The notes under the pieces: model-generated | Database searches by the model: none | Seen by the model: only the letters and a program-made list of their open reading frames with translations | Told to the model about the DNA's origin: nothing | Program-made: the position numbers and the translations under genes | Assembly: GCA_964016885.1 (NCBI GenBank) | Contig: OZ024754.1 | Location: forward strand, 3,224,001-3,288,000 | Length of the DNA stretch: 64,000 nucleotides | Reading direction: 5' to 3' | From: Eledone cirrhosa | Taxonomy: Eukaryota | Part shown: in pieces, positions 30,978-64,000 of the stretch | Position numbering within the stretch: position 1 is the first letter of the stretch | Layout of the letters: every line of letters begins with the position of its first letter

Positions 30978-31054
30978 TTAGTGATCAGCACTTCTTAAAG
31001 CTGACAGATCCATTCGCAGTGAGGACAGTTTCTGACTCAACACTTGCAAAACAT
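30978..31054 (-). CDS. Coiled-coil gene exon 3 (terminal)
   Basis: ttttctattcttacag acceptor; DVLQVLSQKLSSLRMDLSALRSADH-TAA. Confidence 0.75.
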
Positions 31055-34052
31055 CTGTAAGAATAGAAAAAGATATTTTTAAAAATTTGCAACAAAATTC
31101 GATTCGGGGACAGCCTGCTATTATGGTGTTATATCAATAGCAGATGACCCTTGAATGTTGTAGGGGACATCCTAGCGTAGATGAAATACAGCTCCTATTA
31201 CAGTCGAGCCCTTTATCATGTAATGAAGAACATAGGCCACGACCAAACTATAAGAGGATCTACTACCGAGGAACTGCCAAAATTTCCAGGGACTATGTTA
31301 AAAAATAAATCTCATTTGGTCATTCCATGAGAGTATCTTGGTCACCCGATGAAGGAGTGATGCATTAATTTCAACTCTTCGTATTAATAACTGCATTGTT
31401 TCATTCCAGGGACTATGTTGAAAAATAAATCTCATTTGGTCATTCCATGAGAGTATCTTGGTCAGCCTACGAACTCTTCAGCCAACCCTCGTATATTTAT
31501 CTAAAAAAAATCTTACATCCTGGCATGAAAGCTGTTCTGTTGATTGAATCAACTGGAACATTTGGCATCAGAACCAATGCAAGTCCAACACACACACACA
31601 TCATATGCTAAAGCAAGATATTCCACACACCCTACCCCTGATACTGGCAGTAAGGTGAATCTGCCACAAATTCACAATGACTTCCAGTGGATTAATATCA
31701 AGGTAGACCCTGTAAGATCCTTGACAATAGTTGCTGCAATAGTAAGCCACAGAGACCAAGCTGTGAACAGAGAGAACGAGCAAGACATGGTCACCTGGCC
31801 TGTCTAACAGAGACCAAGCCATAAACAGAGTATGAGCAAGATAAGGTCACCTGGCCTGTCTAACATCAGTACATGACAACCCATCTAACCAATAAAAGCA
31901 TGGAAAATAGACATTAACCAGCAATGATGATAATGATGATGATGATCTCTATCATAGTTGAAATCTATCTAAACAACATTAGGTTCAACAAGGAGTTTGT
32001 GTATGTGACACGACATAAATCACCCAGTACACACTGTGATGTGGTTGTGTAGGTGTCAGGACATAAAGCACCCAGTACACACTGTGATGTGGTTGTGTAG
32101 GTGTCAGGACATAAAGCACCCAGCAGACACTGTAAAGTGGTTGTGTAGGTGTCAGGACATAAAGCACCCAGTACACACTGTGATGTGGTTGTGTAGGTGT
32201 CAGGACATAAAGCACCCAGCAGACACAGTAAAGTGGTTGTGTAGGTGTCAGGACATAAAGCACCCAGCAGACACTGTAAAGTGGTTGTGTAGGTGTCAGG
32301 ACATAAAGCACCCAGCAGACACTGTAAAGTGGTTGTGTAGGTGTCACGACACAAAGCACCCAGCAGACACAGTAAAGTGGTTGTGTAGGTGTCAGGACAT
32401 AAAGCACCCAGCAGACACAGTAAAGTGGTTGTGTAGGTGTCAGGACATAAAGCACCCAGCAGACACTGTAAAGTGGTTGTGTAGGTGTCAGGACATAAAG
32501 CACCCAGCAGACACAGTAAAGTGGTTGTGTAGGTGTTAGGACATAAAGCACCCAGCAGACACAGTAAAGTGGTTGTGTAGGTGTCACGACACAATGCACC
32601 CAGTACACACTGTGATGTGGTTGGCATTAGGAAGGACATCCAGCCATAGAAACCTAGCCAGTAACAGTCCTATATGAGCAAGACACAGTCACCTGACCCA
32701 ACTTGCCTCAAATGGGACAACCTGTCTAACCCATGCTAGCGTGGAAAATGGATGTTAAACGATGATGATCCCAGTTAAAGGACAACTCTGTAAAGCTCTA
32801 AACTAGTCGAACATAGATGTACCTTTTGGAATATTGTAGCTATGTTATTGCAGGAACTTGGCAAAAGATAAGAAAGATAAAAAGGAAAATATAAAAAAAA
32901 AAAACCATGTACCTTCTTCGAGTTCTGGATTCTTATCTATTTCCAGTACAATCCTTAAAGTCTCTTTTAATGGCGACCAGTTGAAAGTTTCAGAACATTC
33001 TTGCTGTACAGCCAAACTCTCATTTTCCTGTAAATAATATCAGGCAAGGATGAAAAGTAAAGCTAACCTAGGCGGGATTTGAACTCAGAACATAAAGGAC
33101 CGTAGCTATATACTGCAAACATATTGTCCTACGCCAAAATAATGTTTTCTGATTTAGGCACAAGGGCAACAATTTTTAGAGAAAGGGAAAGTCAATTAAA
33201 TCGACGCCAGTTCATTACTGGTACTTTATTTTATCGACCACGTAAAGATGAAAGGTGAAGCTAAGCTAGGCGTTATTTGAACTGACAGCGTAAAGAACCA
33301 TAACTCTATGCTGCAAAGCATGCTGTCCGGCGCTCTATCAATTCTGCCTACCCTTAATAAAAATAATAAAGACAACGGTAATAAAAAGTGTTATCTCCAT
33401 TAAGCTAACTAGTTAGCGACTCTTTTGCTCCTTCCCACATCCGAGATGCTCCGGCAAATGTGAGAGTTACTGCATCCGTAACTGAACGGAACAAACATTC
33501 TAAAATATCAGGAATTATTATTAAACTTCTTTTTTGTTTCTTTTTTTCAGCCTGTGGAGTTCGAGACACATGGGGAGCGGAGGTAGGGTGCACTGACCAG
33601 GAAGTTGTCATCGTTAGCAGTTCACCTTACTGATGTAACAGATGATACCAGCAGAGACGGTGCTTGGTTACTCCAGCATCGTAGTATCGCTATCATCCTT
33701 GGCAATACTGCGAGTGTGTGGCTTGCTTCAACAACTATTAGAAGGAAACCTCAGCGCCCCTTGTGGTTGTGTGTGATTGAATGTGTGTCTTTCCTCATAT
33801 ATTTCTTCTTTATATATATATATATATTGTTGAGTGCTTTATATCAGTTATAAAAATATTTGCTTGTTGTATCCCAACAATTTAAATAGAACTTTTACAT
33901 ATATATAGGAAAAAGAGTCAGAACTCCGACGACTGAGCTCCGGCTGTTTCGACAGCTAGATCCGAACAAACCTACTACCCTAAGTATCGAGTACTCTGGT
34001 GCGTTATGGTCCACCTGGTTCCTTACCACACTTTGTTTGTTTGTTTGTTTGT

Positions 34053-34083
<31 letters not shown>

Positions 34084-34566
34084 TCTGTTTATTTGTTTGC
34101 ATTCTATTGAAATAGATATTTACAGTTATGGCTAGTAAGTTAGAAAAATAATAACAATAACGACAACGTTAAAGAAAAATGCTTGTTATATTTCCATTCA
34201 ACTAATTATTTTGGTTCATTAGATTTGTGGAGTTCCTAGTAATAACTGATTGTATTTATTATATGTGTTTATACTTTCATCCAGAAAGAATTGTAAGCAA
34301 TTTATAATGTTATTTATTTCTATAACTCTGAATGAAATGTACATTTCGTATTAACTATTGACAATGTTTACTGAATAAACCGTCTAGCCGACTGGAGGGT
34401 TTTTCGTGGAAAATCTAAAAGAAATGATCCAAAGGAAAAACGTAAAAAATGTCACCTTCTGTAGTCTTTCAATATCTCTCACCAAAAGTTGAATATCGTG
34501 CAGTGTAGCATTGTAGTCATTCTGTAATTCAACTAACTCACGTAAGTTCTCTTCGATGTCAGACAT
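30978..34566 (-). CDS. Uncharacterised 100-aa coiled-coil protein, 3 exons: join(34456-34566,32913-33027,30978-31054); MSDIEENLRELVELQNDYNATLHDIQLLVRDIERLQKENESLAVQQECSETFNWSPLKETLRIVLEIDKNPELEEDVLQVLSQKLSSLRMDLSALRSADH*
   Basis: ATG in aaaATG context. Donors are AAG|gtgac and AAG|gtacat; both acceptors are ttacag. Phases 0 and 1 join into a stop-free 303-nt frame with heptad Leu/Glu periodicity. Confidence 0.8.
31999..32770 (+). repeat. 48-bp minisatellite (~13 units) amplified from the interior of a SINE, followed by the SINE 3' end
   Basis: Unit aagcacccagcagacactgtaaagtggttgtgtaggtgtcaggacata; the last unit runs into ggcattaggaaggacatccagc...ccatgctagcgtggaaaatggatgttaaacgatgatg. Confidence 0.85.
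32913..33027 (-). CDS. Coiled-coil gene exon 2
   Basis: atttacag acceptor, gtacat donor, open frame ENESLAVQQ...NPELEE. Confidence 0.78.
33410..33800 (+). mobile_element. CRE-clade non-LTR retrotransposon 3' end, degenerate
   Basis: SDSFAPSHI...ERNKHSK...QPVEFETHG...RDGAWLLQHRSIAIILGNTASV, the CRE RLE-domain pattern, with frameshifts. Confidence 0.65.
34456..34566 (-). CDS. Coiled-coil gene exon 1
   Basis: MSDIEENLRELVELQNDYNATLHDIQLLVRDIERLQK followed by a gtgaca donor. Confidence 0.8.
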
Positions 34567-35504
34567 TTTCACTATGACAGGAAGGTCGCTTAAAACATCA
34601 ACAATATATCTATTAAAAATATTTAACGTCGTTTGATCTCTGTTAAATGGTTTAGCTTAGTTATAGGGTAAAATTTAATAATATATTTTTTACATGAGCA
34701 TAAATATATATATGTGTGCGTTTAATAATTAGAAATATGAAATATGAAATATTAAAAAATTATATATTGATTTTCCTCTTATCTAATTATGTTGCCCCTT
34801 ATGATCTGATATAACATTTCTTTTGAGGCTAAAATAAAAATTGTCTTTCCAAATATAAATTACGAAAGAGTTTGCCACTTATACTATTTCTAAAAAACAA
34901 CAAACTTAATTTCTTGTATTTTAATTTACTTTTATTTTACCGTCGGTTTGAAGCAATTTATTGTCCGAAGTGGGATTATATGAACTTTTCCACCGGTGTT
35001 AACCGAACAAGATCCCTTATAAACTATTTTGGTAACATAGTTTTTTCTCTGTATACAGGTCTTACTCACACATCTAATATATGTTGTTGTTTTTCTTTTT
35101 TGCCACCATCATCATCATTACATCCGTTTTTTCATGCTTGCATGGGTTAGACGATTCCTCTCCTACAAATTCTTCCACCTCTTGTCTCAATGTTTTGCTA
35201 TATCTTTCGCAAGGTTTCATCATCTCGAGATCCGCTGTCACCACCTTTACCTTTTGTATCTTTCTTTCATTTACAGCTCCTAGCACATCTTCACCGAACA
35301 TCCATCTACATGTATCTATCCATCTATCTCTATATAAATATATGTGGTTTCGTTGTGTTGTAAGGGGCACGAAAGTATTAACGCCATGAAAGGCATCCAG
35401 CTGTAAAACATTGCTTCGAAAGGGAACCCTACTTTATTAGGGAAATTACCTAAAAACTCCCGTTTATACACCCAAACATACATACATATTATATACACAC
35501 ACAC

Positions 35505-35552
<48 letters not shown>

Positions 35553-36017
35553 AACACTATTTCAAGGTACACAACTACTATTTTTAACCAAACCAATTTA
35601 ACTCCCTTGTGAAATTTAGAATTTCTTCTACCTTGTCAATACGAGAGCATGAACCGAATGTTGACGGCAAACCATGTCATGGTTTTGACTGAAATCTTTT
35701 TTAGCTTCTGGGGCTACTGAAGTCCTCAATGAAACTGACAATATTAAACTCTCATTCATCTCATGGAGAAATAAATATTTAGCTCTATATTTACACATCG
35801 AGGTCTCCTTTACGTTATATGAAGGCCATTCAACTATGTGTGTGTATGTGTTATGTCCTTGAGCAAAACTCTTCATTTTACGTTGCTTTATACTCAGCTG
35901 AAAATGAGTACCAGCAGGTGGTTGTACTCTGATCGACTGACCATTGAAACTGAGATATGCACTGGGTTTAAGAGCCTCTGGGATTCAGACTGACTTCATA
36001 TATACATATATATAATG

Positions 36018-36185
36018 ATTAATATAGAAATGGCTTCTACAGGACTAGAACTGTTTCGTTAGAAGGAAATCATTTCCATCGAATGAAACAGTTCTAGTTC
36101 TGTAGAAGCCATTTCTATATTAAACATTATATAATTTATGTATTGAGTACCTTACTTACTCTGGTTACCTCCGATTGAACCTAAG
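36018..36185. mobile_element. Palindromic remnant of family-1 hammerhead element
   Basis: aatatagaaatggcttctacaggactagaactgtttc ... gaaacagttctagttctgtagaagccatttctatatt, then the shared tail; CUGAUGA lost. Confidence 0.55.
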
Positions 36186-38635
36186 ATATACAGGTTGTCT
36201 CAATGAGTTATCCGATTTCAAAAGGCTTTTTAAACAAATATTGACTTGAAATCGGATGATTCGTTTTGATACACCCTATATAACGAAATTGTATTTCCAT
36301 GGAATGGCTGAAAAGATTAGATGCTTGTATTTATCGTTTATGCCTGCTTTTTCACATGCACAACTAGTTCCCAAGTCAAATTTTCCTTTTTCAATTTCCT
36401 TTCCCTATCTTTCATGATAAGTTGGGGTTCTACATAATCCTGTTTTGTAATTCTGTCCCAGTTACCAGATGAGTCCGCCCTGCCTGGATGATGGAGCTGG
36501 TCCATTGAAATATGTAGAGTGATTTCACAGAATTAAAATTTACAACATATCTTACAGTCTGGCCTTCTGTTGTCATTTTTGTCATGACAACAGTACGACC
36601 ACCTCACAGGGAGGACTGGGTACATGTTGTCATGACAACATGTACGACCACCTTACACGGAGGACCAGGTCCATTGTCATGGCAACAGTACAATGATTTT
36701 TTTTTTCTAATAAAAACTGAATATTGAGTCGACAACAATTTCTAGTTAAAAAAAAAAAGAAATCTTTATTTAATGGAATTACATATTGGATACTAAAAGA
36801 AATCAGCAATTTTAAGCTCATTAATGAGACCAACAAAAAAAACAAAAAAAAAAAAACAAGTTTAAAATGCAACAATTGCATTGGACAGGTAAACAGGTAA
36901 ACTACCTGAGAAAAGCTGTCTCGCAGAGAAAAAAAACATTAAAAAAAGAAACATAACAAATGGAATTCCTGTGAAATTAAAAAATGGAGTCAAATTTTAA
37001 AACCAAAATTGAGAAAAAAAAAGAACTTGGGATCATTGTCAAAAAACTATTAAATACTTTTTAGGTGTACATTTATTCCTGGAAGAAACTGAATCCAGTG
37101 AATTATTACCATTACCATTACTATTATTATTATTATCACCATGTAGGGCAGTAGATTTGGGAGTATCAGTAGAGTGTCGGACAACATGCTTTGCAGCATA
37201 GAGTTACTGCCCTTTACGGTCTGAGTTCAAATCCCGCTGAGGTTAACTTTGCTTTACGGGGGTCAATAAAAGTAAAGTACCAGTCACGCACTAGGGTCGA
37301 TTTAATCGACTTTCCCCTCCCCCAAAATTACTGGCCTTGTGCCTATACTAGAAATTATTATTACCATTATTAGTATTTCTGAGTTCAAATCCCACTTAGG
37401 TTAACTTTATCCTTTTACTTTTACCCTATTGGGGGGGGGGGGGGGGGTCGATAAAATAATTTAATAGACCTTTGCTAGTGTGGAAGATAGACGTATGATG
37501 ATGATGATGATGATGAAGCACTGTGAAATAAATGGTTATGATGTTTTATGAGGGGGGGGGGGGGTAGTCAAATACAACTTAAATAGTCCAAGAGTGGAAA
37601 AAAACTTGAGTAAAGTATAACAAAAATTAAACACCACATTTTTACTTTATATTAAGGCATTAAGTATGAAATGTGAAATGTCCGATAAACTAAACTTTCA
37701 AATCGAAATCACAGATTTCATACTTAATGACCAGATATTTCATATTTCAAAGTTAGGACCCATTTTTCAACACTCTTCAATGCCACAACCCATTCCTCAT
37801 CTTTTAAAAAACCTCAAAACATTATGAAATATAAAACAAATAGGTAAATTGATACTTTGTTCAGTTTTTCTTACCTTAATCTACTCTAGTTTTCACCTTT
37901 GTATGTCTAATTTACATCATAATGACTTTCCCAAAATAAGGGTTTCTTATATAGACACAAAGCCAACAGTTTTGTGGGGAGGGGAAAGTCAATTAAATCG
38001 ACCCCCAGTGCGTGACTGGTACTTTATTTTATCGACCTCATAAGGATGAAAGACAAAGCTAACCTTGGCGGAATTTGAACCCAGAACGTAAAGGGTCATA
38101 ACTCTATGCTGCAAAGCATGGTGTTCGACGCTCTATCAATTACTGCCAATACACTGCCCTTTCCCAAAATAATTGTTTCTACTTTTGGCACAAGGCCAGC
38201 AATTAATCCAGCGCATTACTGGTACTTTATGTTATCGACCCCGTAAGGATGAAACACAAAGTTAACCTCGGCGGGATTTGAACTCGGACCATAAAGGGCT
38301 GTAACTCTATACTGCAAAGCATGGCATCCGACCCCCTACCGTTACTGCCAGTGTCACTTTCATTACTTGTTTCACCTGTACTAAGGTGTAGCTCTATATA
38401 CTTTGGGTTTTAATCTTGGTTACATTGTTTCTAATGTATTCAAAAATACTCTATAAAATATGAATGCAGTACCTTGAAGTTTCAATGGGATTAATCCTAA
38501 TGCCCCTCTCACTACAGGTATTACTTTTATTATTAATACTGGGTCTGTTGTTGTTTCTAGCTCCTACAATTGGGTTGTTCCTATTTGCAGATCTTTATAT
38601 ATTTGGATAATTTTCCCATTTCTTATTAGAAACCA

Positions 38636-38905
38636 TCATTATTATTACTTTGATATCTCAGTTGTAGATGTTATTTAACCGGAAAATTTGCCCTAATGAA
38701 CATCAAGTTGCTACCTGCAACCAGAGATTCAGAACTTATTTGGGGGGGTCCTTGCTGTTCCCAGTAGGCCTGCTTTCTGGAGTGATCCAAAAAACTTAAT
38801 TTTCTCCTTTTCTTGCACTCTTGTGTCAAAGGGGCAAGCTACATCTATAATCAAACAAGATCTTTTTACCTTGTCAGAAACCACCAGGTTAGCTCTATGG
38901 TCCTC
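38636..38905 (-). mobile_element. R4/Dong-like non-LTR 3' fragment
   Basis: LIIDVACPFDTRVQEKEKIK and LQKAGLLGTAR (RLE motifs). Confidence 0.7.
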
Positions 38906-39875
38906 TAATTCTTTGCCCATTTGTTTCCTGTGTGTTCTAATTCTTTGTCGGTTTATTATTATCATTAGTTGTATTAATACGATATTAGTTTTGAAGAAAG
39001 TTAAAAAAATTCAGTAGTTAATTTATAATATTTTCCCATTAAATCTGAAATTAATTTAAACAAATATTCTATAAGGAAAAACTGGAATCATTCTAAACTT
39101 TATTTATAAGAAATAATAAAATGTAGGAATGACAAAATCATGGAATGTCTGAGAAAACAATGAATCTGAAGAAATTTCTCTTCTTTATTGACCGTTTTAA
39201 GCTCAAGCAAATTTCTCAAGTTTGGATTTTACTGGACTCAAAACAAATCTGATAAATTCACCTGGAGAGTATTTTTGAAGTGTTATGAAACCAACACAAA
39301 ATTCGAATATCTAGCTAGCGCTACATCAAAGTTTAAACCATGAAGATTTGACAAGGCAAAGTTGTATAAATATTTTTTTTAATTTTAACCTAATTCCAAT
39401 AAGTTTACCAACACTACTGCCACCATTAGCCAAACTTATCAGATTATACAGCAGACTAAATCTGCTTCTGTGTTATAGATATTTGTACATTTGTACATTA
39501 TTCTATGTACTATACATGCACCTTTGATGAGTTGTAGTGCACCTGAGCACTGTACACAATTTTTATTATTATTATATGATGATATAGAAGTTATTCACAC
39601 ATCTAAATATCTCAAAACTACAATACAGGTGAGCATAAGAAATATCAGGCACTTATCTTTCTTTCTTTGTTTTTTTAGTGAAAATTATTTCCTAATTATT
39701 ATTTGTGGTTTAAGAGATCAAACTAAATCAATAGGTATGGATTCGTGGAAAAGAGAAACCAAGGAAACTATTTTACTAAATGCTATTATTTTTGTTTCTC
39801 TCTTAGTAACGTACCTTATCAGAGCAGCAAATCACAGACTTCATACACACACACACAGGCATACATGCACATACA

Positions 39876-39917
<42 letters not shown>

Positions 39918-39978
39918 GGCTGGTCGGTCAAGGTGATCAAGGTGATATATATATATACACACATACATACACGGATGC

Positions 39979-40019
<41 letters not shown>

Positions 40020-40077
40020 GGCTGGTCGGTCAAGGTGATGAAGGTGATATATATATATATACACATACATACACGAA

Positions 40078-40123
<46 letters not shown>

Positions 40124-40498
40124 TGTTAATATAGATGCATATATATACATATACATCTGTTAATATAGAATACCCGACCCACCACGGGTACAAGCCGAAG
40201 CTGAAGCATATAGACTATGCCCCCACACCCTCCCACTGTAAAGTGGACGTGTAGGCGCCACGGAAAAAAAGCACCCAGCACTCACTGTAAATGAGGTTGG
40301 TGTTAGGAAGGGCATCCAGCTGTAGAAATCAAGCCAGAATCAGTTCCCGTATGAGCAAGACAAGGTCAGCCGACCAGACACTGCCCACAACAGGACAACC
40401 CGTCTAACCCATGCTAGCGTGGAAGAACGGACGTAAAACGGTGATGATGATGATGATATACATACACAGATGCATACATATACACACACATATAAGCC

Positions 40499-40529
<31 letters not shown>

Positions 40530-41405
40530 GTATGTATATATATATATATATATATAAGCATACACATCATTTTGAAGTCTGTTTTTCCATGCTCGCAAAA
40601 AAGGTGTAGAAACATAAGCATATACATATATACACATCTATACATACACATACACTCATTTACATATACATACACACACACAAACAATATGTGACCTTGT
40701 TTGAAATCCTCACCATTATTACTATTGCGAATAACCTAGGACTAACAAGCAACAGACTGATCAAAGGAGTTTTATAGAAAGAGGCACAATTAAATTACAA
40801 AAACATATGGAAAGTGAATAAAAATAATAACAAAGACACTAACACTGTTCAACTGTCTCTTAAAATGTTTTAAAATCAGATCAGAGAAAATTATTTCCAG
40901 TGCTTATTCCCACCCACTTTTTCCTCATCAACTTACTAAAAAAAGAAATACACACCATCTGTCATTTGTCGACAATCTTATTTAAGTAGAAAACGTTATT
41001 AAAGCAACTTTATTCGACAGATGTTGAAATTTGGAACACCGCTGTTAACCTTGTTAAAGCTTGTTTTAACCAGAAATCAGTCGAAGAATTCATCTACCAA
41101 TTATAATAACAGCATTGTACCTTATTTGTGTGTGTATGTATATATATATATATATATTGGCTTACAACAATCCCAGCCTTATATATATCATCATCGTTTA
41201 ACGTCCATCTTCCATGCTAGCATGGGTTAGACGGTTTTGTTCCATTTGATGCAGGAATGGTCGGGATACCATATCTCACTCGTACAGAAGTGTCTCTGGC
41301 ATATATATATATATATATGGACATTAATCAGTGATGATGATGATGATGATGATGACGATTATATATATATATATATATATATATATAGGCTTACAACAAT
41401 CCCAG

Positions 41406-41454
<49 letters not shown>

Positions 41455-41807
41455 CACACACATACATACATACATACATACAGAGACATGTATGTATTCT
41501 TTAAAGTCCGATTTCAGGTGATAATTACTTTGAAGTTTTAACCTTCTAATGACATGACACCTTATCTCACCTCACCTCACCTCACCTCACCTCACCTCAC
41601 CTCACCTCACCATTCTGCATGTTTGAAGTCTTTTCACAACACAGAGAAGGTCCCCCAGGTTTTCTTGTACTAACAAATTAACAGATTCTACAGATTAACA
41701 GTATGTGTATATATATATATATACACACATATACATACATACATTACACACAGGTGCGTGTTTATATATATATATATATACATACATACATTACACACAA
41801 GTGCACG

Positions 41808-41847
<40 letters not shown>

Positions 41848-42138
41848 GTGTTGACAGAAGTGAGAATATGTACTCAATACCCAAGTAGAGTTTAAATATT
41901 CTTTATTATGTCTAGGTTATAAGTCTTGTTAATCCGAGATTCACCTGTGTACTCATTAGGTGAATATACAGGTGAAACTCTTGATTAACAAGGCTCATTA
42001 CTTAGCCATAATTTAATGTTTGTTTTCCTCTATAGCAGAGAAAATTAACAATGATTTTATATATATATATATATATATATATAAATATATACACACACAC
42101 ACACACACATAAAACATGCATATATACATGTATGCTTA

Positions 42139-42179
<41 letters not shown>

Positions 42180-42275
42180 GCACACACATGCACATACATA
42201 CATACAATCACATTAAAAAAGGACCCCATCAACAACAGATGTGCAAAATGTTGTAAGATTAAACAGTAATTATTG

Positions 42276-62488
<20,213 letters not shown>

Positions 62489-63000
62489 ATTCTGAAGGAG
62501 GCGTGAAGAAGAGAGCAGCAGTAGAAGAAGTAGCGGTACCAATAGCAAAAGGATGGACTGGAGAAGTCTTTGATTGTTATGAAGGAGTATAGCGAAGGCT
62601 GTATGTGTATGAATCGGCTGTAAGGCAACAGTTGTAACAGCAGAAAAGGTGCTGTTTATGTTACTAATAGCCGGGTGGACAGTAGTAGTGTCATGAAGGT
62701 AAGTCTGTTGACAGCTACAGCTAGTGTAGTATGAGTAGCGGTGAATGTAAATATCTATTTTTCTAGATTTGTTAAACCCCCGAAGAGATTTAAACAACAA
62801 AAAATCATTGGTATATAAATAAATATATATGTTTTGTGTGTGTCGGATAATTCAGTTAAGTAAAAAAAAACCCAGAAAACTTAATATTATTCTGCCATTG
62901 AACCGACACAATGTAAATCTGTTCAATGTAAAATAATAAACTGGACTGAATAAAAATAAAGAAGGGAACTTCTTCACCGTTTAGAGATAATTTCTTTAAA

Positions 63001-63058
63001 ACTTCCGGTGAAAGAAAGAGAGTAGATGACAGTGTTAGAGAGTCAGTGCGCCTGCGCT
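63001..63058 (-). promoter_or_regulatory. Putative MEMO1 housekeeping promoter elements: ETS/GABP-like CCGGAAGT and NRF1-like GCGCAGGCGC
   Basis: acttccgg at 63001-63008 and tgcgcctgcgc at 63047-63057, about 500 bp upstream of the MEMO1 ATG; both motifs are typical of metazoan housekeeping promoters. Confidence 0.55.
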
Positions 63059-63160
63059 AACTCAGGTGCTGTCTAATTTCCGCTTTATAATTGTTTACAA
63101 ATATTTAGACAGAAATGTTTCCCTTTCGTTTCAACCGGCTTTAATTTCTACCACATTTGG

Positions 63161-63428
63161 TGGAGGCACGTGTTGGACTTAGGATCATAATGTCGTAGGT
63201 TCGATTCCTGGACTGGCTTGTGTGTTGTGATCTTGAGCAAGACACTTCATTTCACGTTGCTCCAGTTTACTCAGTTGAAAATGAGTACCTGCAATAGCTG
63301 GAGGTTTAACCCTGCGATGGACTGGCGTCCTGTCCAGGGGGGAGTCTTGTACTGTCAGTTACTTCACGCCATTAAACCGAGATAAGCATCGGGCTGATGA
63401 GCCTTCTGGCTTAAGACAGACTTTAGAC
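63161..63428 (+). mobile_element. tRNA-derived CORE-type SINE (A-box partly deleted)
   Basis: Close paralogue of 56778-57061. Confidence 0.75.
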
Positions 63429-64000
63429 ATTTTATTTAAGAAAATAATACTTCTTTTATCTTATATATAATAACATATCGTCTTAAAGTCACCACTGTGG
63501 TTCTAATTGTGCTGGTTATATTAAAGAATAACAGTACCTTCTTTTTATTATTACACCTTTTTCTGAGACGGAGGTAATCATTAAAAAAATAAAATAAGGC
63601 TGTCCCCCAAAAATGTATACATACTTTGATTATCTGTACAGGCAATATTTATTAGAATGCTCAGCCTTGGTGTATATATTGTGCTCGTGCACAGAAATGC
63701 TATAAAGATAGCTTATAAAACAGGGTGAAGGCCCTTAAAAGTTACGATTAGCCGCTATGAAGAATGGAACCATATCTTCGTACAAAATAATAATTTTGCT
63801 TAGAATTTCGAATGTGAAATTTGTTTTTACTTCGATTTTTGATGTTTTGAATAGACATGGACTTCAAAACAATCGTAAATTATTCGGTTCCTTCTATATT
63901 TCCCTCACCCAAAAACTCCATAATACTGGTCACCCAGATGGATGCATTAGTTAGTTTTAATATTGGGAAGAAGGCCAGCAATTTTGAAGGAAAAGTCGAA

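Noticed and set aside
31965-32639. 224-aa repetitive Cys-rich ORF / CRISPR-like periodicity
   Set aside because: It is a 48-bp head-to-tail minisatellite without unique spacers, derived from a SINE, in eukaryotic DNA.
33551-33745. Cys/Trp-rich frame with TGA/TAG codons that A-to-I editing could convert to Trp
   Set aside because: Better explained in other frames as a decayed CRE retrotransposon 3' end, with a paralogue at 23050 that does not preserve that frame.
62489-62800. N-terminal extension of MEMO1 suggested by the 123-aa ORF
   Set aside because: It starts at a non-ATG codon; MEMO1 homology begins at the ATG at 62488, so this is likely 5'UTR.

Overview
AT-rich, microsatellite-laden eukaryotic (animal) genomic DNA. 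The SINE/LINE repertoire and (TA)n load suggest an octopus/coleoid cephalopod; this is an inference. Almost all ORFs in the supplied track are microsatellite artefacts. Reading splice sites by hand gives three genes. (1) A complete 9-exon MEMO1 on the minus strand (42276-62488, 295 aa) with an ETS/NRF1-type promoter near 63.0 kb. (2) A 3-exon minus-strand gene for an unrecognised 100-aa coiled-coil protein (30978-34566). (3) The 3' part of a plus-strand gene missing from the ORF track (21287-26003): four tandem two-exon cassettes, each encoding a ~119-aa, 8-Cys domain reminiscent of the VWA7 C-terminal module, then a GPI-signal-like terminal exon. The main non-coding signal is two distinct repeat families carrying type I hammerhead ribozyme folds (CUGAUGA...GAAA...UH). 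Several copies lie in large inverted repeats or in MEMO1 introns, which suggests Penelope-like pLTR/retrozyme elements. The rest is tRNA-derived SINEs, RTE/CRE/R4/Tx1 LINE fragments, TTAA- and TA-target MITEs (including a three-level nested insertion) and minisatellites.
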